Assembly (NCBI RefSeq): GCF_001194135.2 | Contig: NC_069004.1 | Span: 22,350,092-22,414,091, forward strand | From: Octopus bimaculoides | Taxonomy: Eukaryota | Length of the DNA stretch: 64,000 nt | Direction: 5' to 3' | Part shown: one piece after another, positions 35,586 to 49,752 of the stretch | Position numbering within the stretch: the stretch's first letter is position 1 | Layout: every line of letters begins with the position of its first letter | Position numbers and translations under genes: made by a program | Notes under the pieces: model-generated | What the model was told of the DNA's origin: nothing | What the model saw: only the letters and a program-made list of their open reading frames with translations | Database searches by the model: none

Positions 35586-38500
35586 ATAAGACAGTAAACT
35601 GGTGGAATTGTCAGTGTTGAACAGGATTCCTTGGAGTATTTGTTTCGGCCCTTTGGGTTCTGTATTCAAATCCTACTGTGGAAATTCCTTGCCCAATTAA
35701 CACCATGTGAGCCTTGGGTCTCTGCAATATCCATCTTGTTGCAAGTATTTGGGCTAGCTTTCCTGTTTAAGGATACATTCTCTCCCCCCTCCCTCTTTTC
35801 CACTTCTCTCAGAGGCTCTGTGAAGCATCACTATTACAGCTTTACTCCTGACCAAGCAATAAAATAAATAAAAAAACATCAGATTTTTCATCTCCTTATA
35901 GTATACATAACAAAACTCAAAAAATTCACTATAATTTTAATTTAGTTCAATCACTATGCAATCAGTTTTATTCTCTTTTGCATCCCAATATCTTTAGAAA
36001 TGATATTTATAATCAATTTTGACATATCTTATCTGATGAATTTTATTTTAATGATTGAAAACAATAATAATGATGAAGATAGTTTCCCTTGCCAATGTTG
36101 TGTTTATTTTGACATTTAAATATAACATGAGATAATAATTTACTGGCTTAAAATGTCAATATTCTTGAGATTTTAGTGAATTAGATTTCTGGTTAGGAGA
36201 TTGTTGCTTTATGTAATTAAAATGAAACAATACACTAGCTGAATGAATAAAGTGTTCATCTCTTTTGATTAAAGGATTATGGAAAGTTAAATGATTCCAT
36301 CTGAATTACATTGCTGTCTGTGGGTTCACTACGTTGTTGTTATTTAGCTCCAGGTCTGCTCTGATCAAACAAAGTTATCCTCCAAGATATTTCAGAAGTT
36401 ATAATGTCCATTTTGTTATTTTTTTTTACATGATGGCTGTGGATTTTTATTTATTTATTTTTTTAATCATCATCACCTTTCTAATGCCAATCACTTTTCA
36501 GAATGTACTGGGTGCATTTTTCTCATGGCACTAGCAATAGTGATGTCATCAAATAACTCATTAAGACAAGATTCCTTGACAGACTTGGGGTGTAGTATTG
36601 ACAGAAGTGGTTTTGTGCCAGGTATTGAGAGGCTAAAGTGTAATTGAGGGACAGGGACAAGTGACTTGCTGTATAGGAGATACATGGTTACCTCAGCAAG
36701 AAATGGAGAAAGGATGGTGGAGTAGTAGTGAGGGTGTACCCTCAAGGCAGAAGTAGGGGGAGTAAAGAGAGAATATGGGCCAAGAATCAAGGATGGCTGC
36801 ATGGGTAGGTTTGCAAGAGTGTGAAAGAAGAGATGAGGATAGAAGTGAATGCAGTGAAAGGTGAACATGGGTGGAGGTGTGGTCAATAATGAATCTCAGT
36901 TTGGAGGAAGGTAAGGGTAAATAGGAATGGGTCAGGTAGGAGGAGGTGATAAGTAATAATATATATAAAAAAGAGTGGGTTAGGGAAGAGCAACAATATA
37001 ATAAAGCCATAGGTTTTATTATATTAAGAAATAGGGAGATGGTAGGAGAGAAGATGCACAGTAACAGAGACTGAGGTCAGAGGCCTGTAGGATGAATATA
37101 GTGACAAGGTGGGGGATGTTGATGGCCAGTATGAGAGAGTGTTCAGGTGAAAGGGGCATTCAGTGGAAAACAAAGTGTTAAGAAGTGATGTTGATGAGTG
37201 CAGGATGAATGGCAAGGGAAATGGTTTCAAGGAAGGGATAACTGATAGCACAAAAAGAGATGATAGAATAGGTGCAGTTCTGTTCTTATATAACTATGGC
37301 TAAATAAATAGTGTTGTAGTTAGAGGGATGAAAGAGGGATGTGCATTATGAAGATAAGTTATGGAGAAGGTTTGGCAGGTATAGATTGGGTGCAGGGGCA
37401 CAGACATTAATTATATGCTTTTAGAACCTCATCTTTGTTAAGGTGTACAGGTCTATTTGAGGATAATGAATTGCCAATTATCTCATTTTTTTCTTGTTAT
37501 CCCTTCCTTGAGGTTCAACAACTATTACTTCATTCCACATCTTCTTGGATCTCCTTTTTCCACAAGTAACACCCACATTTAATGATCAACCCTTCATGCA
37601 GCTATCCTCATCCATATGCAGGATGGTTCATGCCCAATTTTTTCCCCAACACTTATGCACTTTGTTATACATACACACTGATGTTGCACATTCAGCAGAG
37701 CATGCTAACTTCATTTTTTTCTAGTCTTCACATGTCCTCTGCATTCATGGCCCATGATTTACTACCATGTTGCATTGCTGTTCATATATGAGCATCATAT
37801 AATTTGCTGCTCACTGCGAGAGAGAAGCCTTTTGTTACCAACAAAGGTAATAGCTGGTTTATATTCTTGCAACAATACTCTCAGAACATCCTCATCCATT
37901 GCTAATTTGGTCACTAGGTAACAAAAACTATCTACTAACTCAAAGGATCTTCCTGGGTATTTGAGAATATATTCTCATATCTTCTTAGTGTTTTTGTTCC
38001 TGCACATCTGCCACATACAAAGTCCACTTTCTCTTCTAATCATCTGGTAATTCCATTGCATCTCTTGTGTATTCATAGTTTGCATGGATACACTGTATGG
38101 AATTCAAATATTGAAAATGAATTTAGGAAAAAACTAATATTAGTAAATCTGTAAAGTAAAAAAAAAGGAAAAAAACTTTTTAATATTAGTAAAAACTAAT
38201 ATTTACTAAAACTGTTGAGTAAAAACTTGGATACAACCTTGAATTCAATGAAACTGTTCCCTATGAACACACACGTGAATATATTCACCAACAGTCACAA
38301 CACATGTGTCTTTGTGGAGTGAATATATTTTCTTTCTAATATGTGTGAATGTATTTTAAAGCTATTATATATGTTAAATTTACAAAATAGCAGGAATGCG
38401 TCCTCCATTCCCATAGGTAAATAAATAAATAAATAAATAATAATAGCAATACCTTTTCCTAATTTCAGTTTGATTAGAATAAAAGTTGTCTTCTCCTGTT

Positions 38501-41338
38501 TTTCAATCAATAATAGAATTTGGTTAATCTTTTGCCTCTTCTGGTTCCACTGAAGCCAACTTGGATGAGTCATAATACCATTGTATGGAAGCAGCACTCA
38601 AAGAAAGATTATTACCATGTTAGTTTGCTGTCACTGATGTCGTGACAGCAGCTGTTCTTTTACTCTCCGAAATGCCAAAAAGTATTGAACTTTAAGTTTC
38701 AGATATTTCCACTGGCAGTGTAAAACTTTTGTAAGATCTTAGAACAAGTGTTACTGCCGTGCATTTGATTGAAAAGTGCGATAGCAACTTCTTTGACAGT
38801 GATATTTCAAATTCTTTTTCTCCTCTAATAACAATAATAATAATGATTCTTTTTTAATTTTTGGCACAAGTCTAGCAATTTTGAAGCGAGGGGGAAGTCG
38901 GTTACATCAATCCCATTGCTTGACTGGTACTATTTTATTGATCTCAAAAGAATGAAAGGCAAAGTTGACCTCAGTAGCATTTGAATATAAAGTCAGAAGA
39001 AATGCTGCTAAATATTTTGTCTGACATGCTAACAACTCTGTCAGCTTACCACCCTATTAGTAGTAGTAGTAGTAATTAAAAATGTTAGCACAAAGCCAGC
39101 AACTACATCAACCCCAATACTTAACTAGCACTTTATTTTATTGACCCTGAAAGTATGAAAGGCAAAGTTGATCTCAGTGGGTTTGAACTCAGAATGTGAC
39201 AATTTGGAAGAAATATTGCTGAGCGTTTTGTCCAATACTCTAATGATGTTGACAGTTGTTTGGCTCCAACTCAGCTCTGATCAAACAAGCTTATGATGAA
39301 AGACCTTCCAGTTGTAGCCATCCTAATTCTGACATAGGTGTCTCATAAAATATTTATAATTACTAATGGCACAGGCATGTATGGCTAAGAAGCTTGCTTT
39401 GCAAGCACATGGTTTTGGGTTCAGTTCGACTGCACAGCACCTTGGGTAAGTGCCTTCTGCTATAACCCTGGGTTAACTAGTGCCTTGTGAGATAATGTTA
39501 GATGGAAACTGTGTGGAAGCCATCATGTGTATATATATATATATATATATATATCCGTGTTGGTGTAAGTCTTTGTGTCTGTTTGTTACCCCCTCTCCCT
39601 TCCACCATTTGATAAATGATTTGGTTTGTTTACATCTCCTTAACTTAGTGGTTCAGCAAAAGAGACTGATAGAATAAATATCAGTTTTAAAATAAAAATA
39701 AGAAAGTCTTAAGTACTGGGGACAATTTGTTTGACTAAAATCCTTGAAGGTGGTGCTCTAGCATGGCTGCAGTCCAATGACTGAAAAAGAGAATGATAAA
39801 ATGAATCATTATTTTATCTGATTACACTTATATATCTAAAATTAATTAAATACTGAAATTAAGACCCTCATGACTTTTGATATGTTTAATAAAATAATAA
39901 AAAATAAAAAAAATTCAATCTGTTGCCATTAAGTAGAGATGAAATAGTTTGGTGGACAACAGTTTAAAACTATTTCTGCATTTTAGTTCAATGTAAATTT
40001 ATAGCAGGTAATTATTGGTAAATACATTGTGAATTTATCATCTGAAAATTTAATTGCAAGGTAATTACATAATGAGTCAATACATCATCATGCCAGACAT
40101 GTCATTGGTAAATTCATCATCATGACTCTTTATCTGCAGATGAATATTGTTAAACAATTTAAAGTTCTATTCACATAGTTAATACATTACATTTCATTAA
40201 CAATGTCAGAGAAATTGTAGATTCAAATGCATGCTTTTATATTATAACATAAATTAATAAACTCTTGCTGCATGTATTTATTTATTCCCCCATTTGGAAA
40301 TAAAAACACACACACACATTACTGATTTCAATCATTGAACTGTTGTCATGCTGGAGCACTTCCTTTGTGGGCATAGTTAATTTTATTTCAGGCTGGTACT
40401 TAGTTTATCGGTTCCTATTGTTATGTATTTGGCATAAAAGAACACCACTCGAAACACTGGTTTATTCCAGTAAACATAAACACACACACTAGCACTCTGT
40501 TAGATACAACAATGATGGTTCCAATTGATTTGATCAATGGAACAGCCTGCTCGTGAAATTAACGTGCAAGTGGCTGAGCACTCCACTGACACATGCAAAA
40601 CCTACCTCAACATAGTTCTTAGGGAGATTTAGTGTGACACAAAATGTGACAAGGCTGGCCATTTGAAATACAGGTACAACTCATTTCTGACAGCTGAGTG
40701 GACTGGACCAATGTGAAATAAAGTGTCTTGCTGAAGAACACAATGTGCTGCCTGGAATCAAAGTCACAACCTTACAATTGTGAGCTGAATACCTGAACCG
40801 CTAAGTCACGCACACATACATATAATAGATATATTGCTAATTATGTGTAACAGAAGCAATGTTAGCTTAAAATAGCAATCTGTGTATCAGATACATCATG
40901 GAAAGCCTCAGTAAGTGTAATATTCGTTATGAGATACCATCTCTTATAGATGTACAATGTTATATTTATGTTATAAACAGATATATCAGTAGCAGATGAA
41001 AACTGTCCAGCAGGGGCAACCACATGCTGCTCATGAAGCCCAAAGAGCCAGAAATGAGCATTTAGCAAAGCTACAATGGCTGTTGGATGATTTTTGCCTG
41101 CTACTGATATATTTTGTGTTTTTTAACATTGTAAAAGATGCTATCTCAGGATGAATATTGTAGTTAATTAGGCTTCCCATAATGTATCTGCTTTAAGTAT
41201 GATACACATCATCATCATCGTTTAATGTCTGCCTTCCATGCTAGCATGGGTTGGACAATTTGACTGAGGACTGGTGAAATCGGATGGCAACACCAGGCTC
41301 GTCACTTATTAGTTTCATATCAAAAGTTAAAAACTTAC

Positions 41339-41403
41339 TCCAGAACAATTGTCAGAAATGGATGAACGGTCTATTATGACACGGGCTCTGTGTCACTGAA
41401 GAC
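41339..41403 (-). other. Candidate non-coding exon (65 nt)
   Basis: Acceptor gagactttcag and donor GGA|GTAAGT. Stops in all three frames. Confidence 0.3.
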
Positions 41404-41699
41404 CTGAAAGTCTCTCATTTGGCTTGTGGATTTTAGGACTGTTGTTGAAAAAACATAATGATATTTATGGAAGAAATCACCCAGGTTAAAAAATTATTCC
41501 ATCAGAATTATGTTCTTTGACAAAATAGCTACCCCTTTTTTGTGCACTGGTTACTCCAATATACAAGCTATTTGTTTGTAGGGTAAGGGTGGGGGAGGGA
41601 TGGTAAAAGAGGGCTCATTTTAAAATCGTGTGTAGCTGTCTACATGCATGCATGTGTATGGCCTTGTATATATTAAAGTTGAGTTTATTGTTGTTGTTT

Positions 41700-41980
41700 G
41701 TTGCTTCTTGAGCCATGCCTGGCTCATAAAGGCCGGTTTCATTGGCATATAGGTTTCCCACCTGGATGGGATACAGGTCCGTTACAGGTGAGCTGCTAGA
41801 TGCAGGAGGAAAGAGTGAGAGAAAGTTGTGGCGGCAGAGTCAGCAGAAGTTTGCCATTACCGTCTGCTGGTGCTTATGTGTTTCGCTCATAAACACACAC
41901 ATCGCCCAGTCTGAGATTTGAATCCACGATCCCTTGACCGCGAGTCCACTGTTCCAACCATTAGGCCATGTGCCTCCACA
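41700..41980 (-). mobile_element. tRNA-derived SINE, family F
   Basis: Minus head ggcacatggcctaatggttggaacagtggactcgcggtcaagggatcgtggattcaaatctc (A and B boxes). Confidence 0.8.
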
Positions 41981-43201
41981 GAGTTGAGTTTAGCAAATCT
42001 TATATTAGTTCCTCACACCACAGAGAAGGGAAACACCAGTGAGGATGGGGAAAAGAATGAATGTTTTTATTTATGGTTTGCTAAGGTATATATGCACTCA
42101 TCAGCAGTATAGCTACACACCAAAGTCTTTCAGCTATGCCCCAAAAGAAGGCAGCATCTCGGCATGACCGTAGTTCAATAAGTGAAACTAGTAAAGGGCC
42201 GACTAACATATTTTTCCATTCAGTGAAACAATAGCCAAAGATAATGGCAACATAGATTCTCATCAGAAAAAAAATTTTTGTTTCTTATTATTTAATCAAC
42301 ATCTATGTGTGTGTGTCTGTGTTTGTCTCCTCCCAAACCTCTTGACATCTGGTGTCTGTTTATTTACATCCCTAAAACAGAATAAGTATCAAACTTATAT
42401 ATGAATATAAAAAAGAATGACTAGTATTGACTTGTTCAACTAAAACCCTCCAAGGCTGCAGTTCAATGACTGGAACAGATAAAAGTTAAGGGAAGGCCAG
42501 TACCCATGATCCATTATAGGGCTTCCAAAATTAGTGGGAAGGAAGAAGAAAGCTATCATCAAACTCAGAATGCAAGAAGCCAGAATGAATATTGTAAGGC
42601 ATTTCATCTGATGCACAAATTGAACTTTTACAGTGCTACTTTAACCATATAGCCACTGAAACTCCAAGACATTCCATTCATAATGATTCCACCACAAGTG
42701 TCTGACACAATATTGAGAAATCAATAGCTCTGAGTACTAGAACTGGCTTAGTGGATTATGGTTTCAGTATTTCTATCAATTTATTATGAATGGACATATT
42801 TCATTGACATTTTTTGAATAAAGATTAAAAATGCTGCTGTTGTTAGTGGATTAGTAGTGATGGAGGTGATGCTAAAGTGTGAGAATGCAAGTGTTTTTCT
42901 TTATTTGTATTTGGACATTTTCTGATTTCCCATGTGTTTTAACTTGAATATATATATATTCTTGTAGAGGTGTTGTTGGTGTACACAGTGTGTGTGTGTA
43001 TTTTGTATGTATGTTTACATAAATAAATGTATGTGCATATAAGTGTACAAATCATTTAAGCATTTGATGTGTATTTCCATATCTGTGAGTGTATATATAA
43101 ATTTATAACCATATGTAACCTAAATATTCTGTGATTAAATCTTCAAGATAAAAAGTTAGACATCTATTTAAACAAACTTTTGCTTTACCAATTTAAAATT
43201 A

Positions 43202-43243
<42 letters not shown>

Positions 43244-43246
43244 CTG

Positions 43247-44108
43247 TCCAAGGTGTTGGGTTGAATTTGATGATTTTTTTCTGTCTCCTTTTTTCAGGAA
43301 CAGCTTCATACATTGGTGAACAGTCAGCAATGTTGGAGAGCATAAAAATTAAAGTTGTAGTTGAACAACAGCTGACACAAAGGACTGGAAGCTTTCTGAA
43401 TATTGTATAATGATTATTTGTGTCAGCTACCAAAATGCCAACATGATTACTGCTACTCAATGCTCTGAGAGTACTGTAAAGGCTGTAAGATGTGACAGCT
43501 ACACTGGAGACTACATAGCTATGGCCAGCAGGAAGGTGATAGTCTTTGGGTGTGTTTCCAGTGAGGGTGCCTCACATTTTTGAACAGGGTCTTATGCTCA
43601 ATTCAAGTGGCTATGTGAGGCTGCTGGAGACTAGTTGAACCCTAGTTGGAGAAGGTTACTGCTGAAATGCCATATGTGTGACTACAGGATTCAGCTCCTT
43701 GTCATACATCTAGAAAGTGTCAGAAGTGGTTGTTGAAGAATTTCTATGATTTTACCAGCCCCCAATTTCTTGTCTACTAATTTTCCTGATTGTAATCTCA
43801 CGGATTACTATGTGTGGCATGTGGCTGAGAAAGACACCAACTGCCTACAACACCAAGGCCAAGCTGATGGCTAAGATCAAGGAGGTGATCAAAAGATCTC
43901 AGGGACACAATGAAGAACACGTTCCAAGTTTCAGAGCTGTCATGAAGCCATGGTGGAAGCTGAGGGCAGCTACTTTGAATAAACTGTTATCTGCCAACCA
44001 TATTCTAGTTGATTGTTTTTGATATTTTAAAAATACTTTTATTTTAGGATGGGATAGGGTTTTTTCTTTTCTTTTATGCAAACTGTCAGATTTAGCCCAA
44101 ACACCCTG
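43247..44108 (+). mobile_element. Tc1/mariner (maT/DD37D-like) relic
   Basis: VIVFGCVSSEG..QDSAPCHTSRKCQKWL..NFYDF..DYYVW. Terminal sequences ggtgttgggttgaatt / gatttagcccaaacaccctg-TA. Confidence 0.85.
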
Positions 44109-44164
44109 TATATGTGTCTGTGTATTTATATGTATATAAATACTCATACACATACACACACACA

Positions 44165-44217
<53 letters not shown>

Positions 44218-44417
44218 TTATACAAAGCTAATCACAATGTGCTTCCATTTATTCCTCGATTGCACTCTTCTTTTCCATTCAGGCCTGAAATGTACCATCT
44301 TTCCATCGTCTTGGAGGTCTTCTAATTGATTTCCTTCAATCTCTTGGATACCTCATGACAACAGCACCAACCCACTAATTATTCATGAACCTTGTAATAT
44401 GTCTGAAAGTCTAGCTG

Positions 44418-44485
<68 letters not shown>

Positions 44486-45033
44486 GTCATCATGATCATC
44501 ATCTAACATCTGTTTTCCATACTGGCATGAGTTGAACAGTTTGACAGGGGCTGGCTAGGCAAAAAACTGCACCAGGCTTCATTCACTGTCTGTTTTAGCA
44601 GGGTTTTTACCACCTTGCATAAATATATATATATATGTGTGTGTTTGTGTTCAGTAAGATTTTCAACCAAGAGTATAGCACTCAATTCAATTCCATTACT
44701 TAGCCCGTCGGTAACGCTTTTACGTGATTAGAGAAAGAAAAGAGGAGAGAGAAGCGTCCATGACATGAGGTAGAGGGAATGTAATTATAATGCTTTCATG
44801 TGATTTGTTGAAAGGAAAGAGAAAGAAAAAGAGGGAGAGAGAAGCGTCCATGACATGAGGTAGGGGGAATGTAATATTTATTACATGGTTAAAAAGATAG
44901 TTGATATTAGTGATGATATAGAGGAGGAGAGTTAAAAATATAATTTTAGCAGAGGGATGATGTTCTGATGGTGAGGTTAAAACATCTTTTTCTCTTAGTC
45001 TTCTTTAAAAAAAAGGAAATCCATAAGTTAATC

Positions 45034-45327
45034 CATGTTAAAGTTGTCGTATTTCTGTAATTTCAACCAATCACTGACGTCCATTCAGCCGATATACATT
45101 AAGTGCCGACTACATAAACAAACGATTCTAAAACAATTAACCCTAACCCTAACCCTAGGGTTAGGGTTAGGGTTAAAGCAAATTTAAAATGAAAAAAGCA
45201 AATAAAACGAAGGTATGGAGATTAAATACGCTTTACATCGCTTAATCAGCCAAAGGAGTAAATGTAAACAACTGAATACTTGTCAGTGATTGGTTGAAAT
45301 TATCGAAATAAGACAATTTTTTACATG
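45034..45327. mobile_element. MITE with ~45-bp TIRs enclosing a telomeric-repeat palindrome
   Basis: TIR catgttaaagttgtcgtatttctgtaatttcaaccaatcactgac / gtcagtgattggttgaaattatcgaaataagacaattttttacatg. Confidence 0.82.
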
Positions 45328-46244
45328 AAATAAATTCGAATACAAAAATATTTTTCTGTTCTATAACACAAAATAGATAAGTATACGAAGTTTGAAAGTC
45401 TTTCCGTACCAAAAACACTACGTAAAACATTAATGAAAAATGTGGCCCCCGTTTTAAAATAGATCCAACAATTTTATTAACAAAATTTTCATCTTGGTTG
45501 ACTTTCTCATGTAATTTGCTTCTTGGAATTTTTTTGTTTTTATTAAACAGATATACTAAACCTGCTTTCTAAACACCAACAAAATGGCCTTGTGTTTGAG
45601 AAACCAATTGTTTTGTAGTAAAAGAGCAGAAAGGAGGGGGAGAACAACTGTTTTGCCTTGTTTGTTGTAACATTTAGTTGAACATCACTAAATAACCTTT
45701 CAGATATGATTGTTGATAACTGTGCATGTTCTTATTTGTTTGTAACTTCTCTTGTTGAAATATTGGACTAAGTTTGTGAGTGATAGAGAGAGAGAGAGAT
45801 AGAGTGTGAGCAACCTATTGAAATGCTTACTTTGTGTTATTGACACTTTAAATCACTCTCTATCTCATAATTTTCACATATTTAAATATCAGCTTGAAAT
45901 ATTGCTCTTTGATGAAGGTTATGTATATCCACAAGTAGTTGCAGTCGCTTTTGTTGTAGCATTAAAGATGATGATAATATTTTCTTTCTAATTTCTAGGC
46001 TTGCAATTTTGAGAGGAAGGGAAAGTTGATTACATTGACCCCAGTGTTCAGCTGGTACTTATTTCATTGATCCAGAAAGAATGAAAGGCAAAGTCGATCT
46101 CACTGGCATTTGAACTCAGAATGTAAAGAGTTCAAAGAAATGCTATTAAGCATTTTCTCTGGTGTGGTAATGATTCTGCCAGTTGGCCACCTTAATTATG
46201 ATAATATTAACAAAGTCAGCAACAGAACATCTCATTTAACTCAC

Positions 46245-46300
46245 TGTCATCATCACCATTTCCCATGCTCTACCAACACTTCACTGAGCATATTCTTTCT
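46245..46300 (-). other. Candidate exon (56 nt)
   Basis: Acceptor ccacttctttcaatcacag and donor ACA|GTGAGT. Contains agcATGG at 46266 (MGNGDDD). Confidence 0.35.
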
Positions 46301-46829
46301 CTGTGATTGAAAGAAGTGGTAGTTGTGGAGAAATGGAGTGCTTTACGTCGTGCTGGGCAAACAATTCTGAGAGAGAATTGAACCAGCTCCAGTGGTTGAC
46401 TGATATTTTATTTCATCATAGGATGATGAAAGGAAAAGTTAATTTAGGTAGGATTTGAACTCAGAATGCAAAAAACTGGAACAAATACCTCAAAGGCATT
46501 TGTTTGCTACTCTAATGATTCTGCCAGTTGAGGCTCTAACAAAACATCTTCAGTAATAAAAAGAAAAACAAAATAAAACAAATAGAACAAGCTGATATTT
46601 GCAAAGATGAGGAAGATGGGAGAAAATGATTAGTGAAGCAGAAAACTTAAATGTGTCTGTTAGTAAACAAACTGGCAAGCTAACTAATGTTTTAATATGA
46701 CCTTGGCAGTTGTTTTTGTTGTTGTTGCTGTATTCTGTGCTTCCTGTTTGGACTATTTAGGAAAGCAACAAACACAAAAAAGTAATGAGAGTAAACAAAA
46801 CACTGCCTCTTGTTCATTTATCAATTTAC

Positions 46830-47014
46830 CTTATCAAGTAGTACCACAGTGGCTCCAAGTGAGGTTTGTCTACATTTGCAATTCCCATATAACATCACCT
46901 TGTTTAAGAAATGTTGGTTAAGCCAACTGAAATTTGACTTAATGGCAGATGTCACTGCCATCATTAGTATCATCAGCTTCCTCGTCATTACCATAATCAC
47001 CACCTTATCTGTAT
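46830..47014 (-). other. Candidate exon (185 nt)
   Basis: Very strong acceptor tttctcttttttattttccctcttttgttcttggcag and donor AAG|GTAAAT. One frame is open (TDKVVIMVMTRK...ATVVLLDK). Confidence 0.4.
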
Positions 47015-47130
47015 CTGCCAAGAACAAAAGAGGGAAAATAAAAAAAGAGAAACGAGTCATGCGCACACGCACACGCACATGCACTCACATGCACACGCAC
47101 AAACATCTGCCCTCTCTCAAGTCATTCACA

Positions 47131-47167
<37 letters not shown>

Positions 47168-48669
47168 TCATACATGCCCCCCTCTCTCTCACACATACAC
47201 ACATCTCTTTTTCTATATTTTTCACTCATTCCACATATTCAACATCAATTTCAGCTGTTTCTTTTGATGTAGGTGATATACATCTGCACATAGTAGTAGC
47301 ACTATACATGGAGTACAGCTTTTTAAAAAAAAATTTTAAACATGCTGGAAATGCATCTTGTATGCAGTGTGTGTGTGTCTGCATGTATGTGCATGTGTCG
47401 AAACACACACATGCATAAAACATCCCCAGCAGAAAAAGTCAAATTAAATTGCCACAGGGGAGTGGATTAACCTGTATGTATATATATATATATATATATA
47501 TGCTGGCATGGACATAGTTGTAGGCACGACTGTGTAATTAAGAAGTTTGTTTGTCAGTCACATGGTTTTGGGTTCAATTTCACTGTGCAGCATCTTAGGC
47601 AAGTATTTTCTATTATAACCCTGAGTTGGTCAAAGCCTTGTGAGAGAATTTGATAGACAGAAACTAAAAGATTATTATTGCATATACATATGTGTGTGTG
47701 TGTGTGTGTGCACGTGTCTGTTTTTTTATATTTCACTTCAATGAAATTGTTGCAGATGAGTGGTGGTGATGTTGTTTCTCTCGTTACTTGCAAAACTGGG
47801 TAAAGTTAGCCACATGTAGGGTATACAGTTGCAAAACAATGCCAATAACATATTCATCTTAGAGCTTGATAGGGAAACTAGATGGGAAATTGAACATGTG
47901 CATTCACATAAATATGCATACATATATGTGTGTGTGTGTTTGCATATTTATATTTATACATGTGTCTATATGCGCAGGTGTTGCCCATTATATATATATA
48001 TAATGTGTGTGTTTGTGTATGTGTGTTACCGTCTCTGTCTTAATATTATGTGATAGTTGCGAGTGAGTGTTGCTGTTATGCAAGTGGTATCCTTTGATTC
48101 CAGTCTTTTATGAAAACATATGTCCAAACCTGAGGAAGTATTACCTTGCTCGGAAAAAAGTGATGGCTGTCAACAGGAAGGGCATTTGGCTGTAGAAAAT
48201 CTGTTTCAGTGACTTCTGTCAAAGGCATGCAGGCATGGAAACGCTGATGTTAAAACAAATAATGATGCATGTATGTGCTTGTGTGTTTGAGTTCATATTT
48301 CTTCTCTTCTGCACCTATATTTAGTCGTTGCAAACAATACTCTTGGTGACAGCCTCAGATAATCATTTGCTTGCTGTCCAATTCAAAAGTATGTCTGGGC
48401 TTCTTGACAAGTTGTGTAATCTTTGTAAACAAAAAACTCATTCAAATGGTGTTATTTGTTTCCAGTTCTCTGCCTAATTATATCTGGGCTGTTTATTGTT
48501 GAGTAGCCTAGGAGATTATTATGTTGCTCAGAAACAGGTGGAGTTTAGCATCAGGAAGGGCATCCCATGTAGTGAACTCTGCCCCAACATACTCTTGTCC
48601 AGTGCATACAAGCATGGAAAATAAATGTTAAAACAATGATGATGTGTGCATATGTGTGAGTGATGTGTG

Positions 48670-48717
<48 letters not shown>

Positions 48718-49719
48718 GAGAGAAAGAAAATGGAATTCATGGAACTCTTTATTCAGAAGCACTACAATCGATTTGGCCCATATGTACTGGTACCTTTGAC
48801 GTGAGGTGCTGTACAAACAGTTGTAATGCATTGTAGGTGCAGATGTGTCTCCTTAGGTGACTTTTCAAAAAGTACCTTGTTTTTTATTTACTGTTTTGTT
48901 TTTTTCTATGACAATACATTTCGGTAATTGTAGTGTACTAATGAATCTTTTCTGTTTGGCTACCAATTTCCAATCTCTTCAATTTGCATTTGAATTGATT
49001 TCATAATTGGTGTAATGATGTAATTTTATATGCTAATCAATGCCATGGAATTCATTTTCGCCATAAATCAATAAATAAAGTTTGCAAATTTTGGTTGTTT
49101 TTAGCCAATTGTAAGCCACAGACACATTCATGCTTGTTTTCATAGTAACAAGCCAAATATGAGAACTCTTTTGTCTGCAAGATAGCATGTTGATGAATAT
49201 ATTCTATGCAAAAGCAAGTGTGTTGATGCTGTGTTCTGCTGCTTGTACCCTGGTTGAGAGATGTGCTAAAAATAACAGCTAAATAGGCATCTCCCAATTT
49301 TTATTTTTTGGTTTTTGCATAATCGTATGAATTCCCGAGTGTAGAAAAATTTACAAAAATTTTCTGAAAATCCCAATGTTATGAGGGGTTATATGTTGTG
49401 CAGAGAGAAGTTGATTTATTTACAGCTTCATATCAAAACACATCACGCACAGAATGACAACTTCCAATTCCTGTTTTCTGACTGGGTAAAAATTATCAAA
49501 GTTAAACTTCTGTAACTTTAAAAAAAAAATTTTTCTAGTAAAAGTCAAATATCTCCTGAAATTCAGCTTGGAAAACTATATTAGTATACCGAATTTTAAG
49601 ATTTCCAATAAACTTTGAAATTTCCACAGTTGCAGCCAAACAAAAGATCTGCACTAAGATATGATGAAGAATTCATCAGGTGTGGACATGCATACATACA
49701 CCAATGAACTGATGTCACC

Positions 49720-49752
<33 letters not shown>

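Noticed and set aside
38500-38830. Coding-looking minus-strand stretch (LKYHCQRSCYRTF)
   Set aside because: Stops in all frames. Possibly an old DNA-transposon relic, but it cannot be assigned.
39987-40007. 21-nt symmetric microexon (xQCKFIAx)
   Set aside because: The GGTAAT donor motif repeats locally as part of a degenerate repeat, and there is no gene context. Not excluded, but unsupported.
41900-41980. tRNA-like sequence (also the heads of SINE families A, B and C)
   Set aside because: A/B boxes without a complete cloverleaf, continuing into SINE bodies; not tRNA genes.
43298-43410. Strong acceptor plus open frame GTASYIGEQ...
   Set aside because: It lies inside the maT-like transposon relic.
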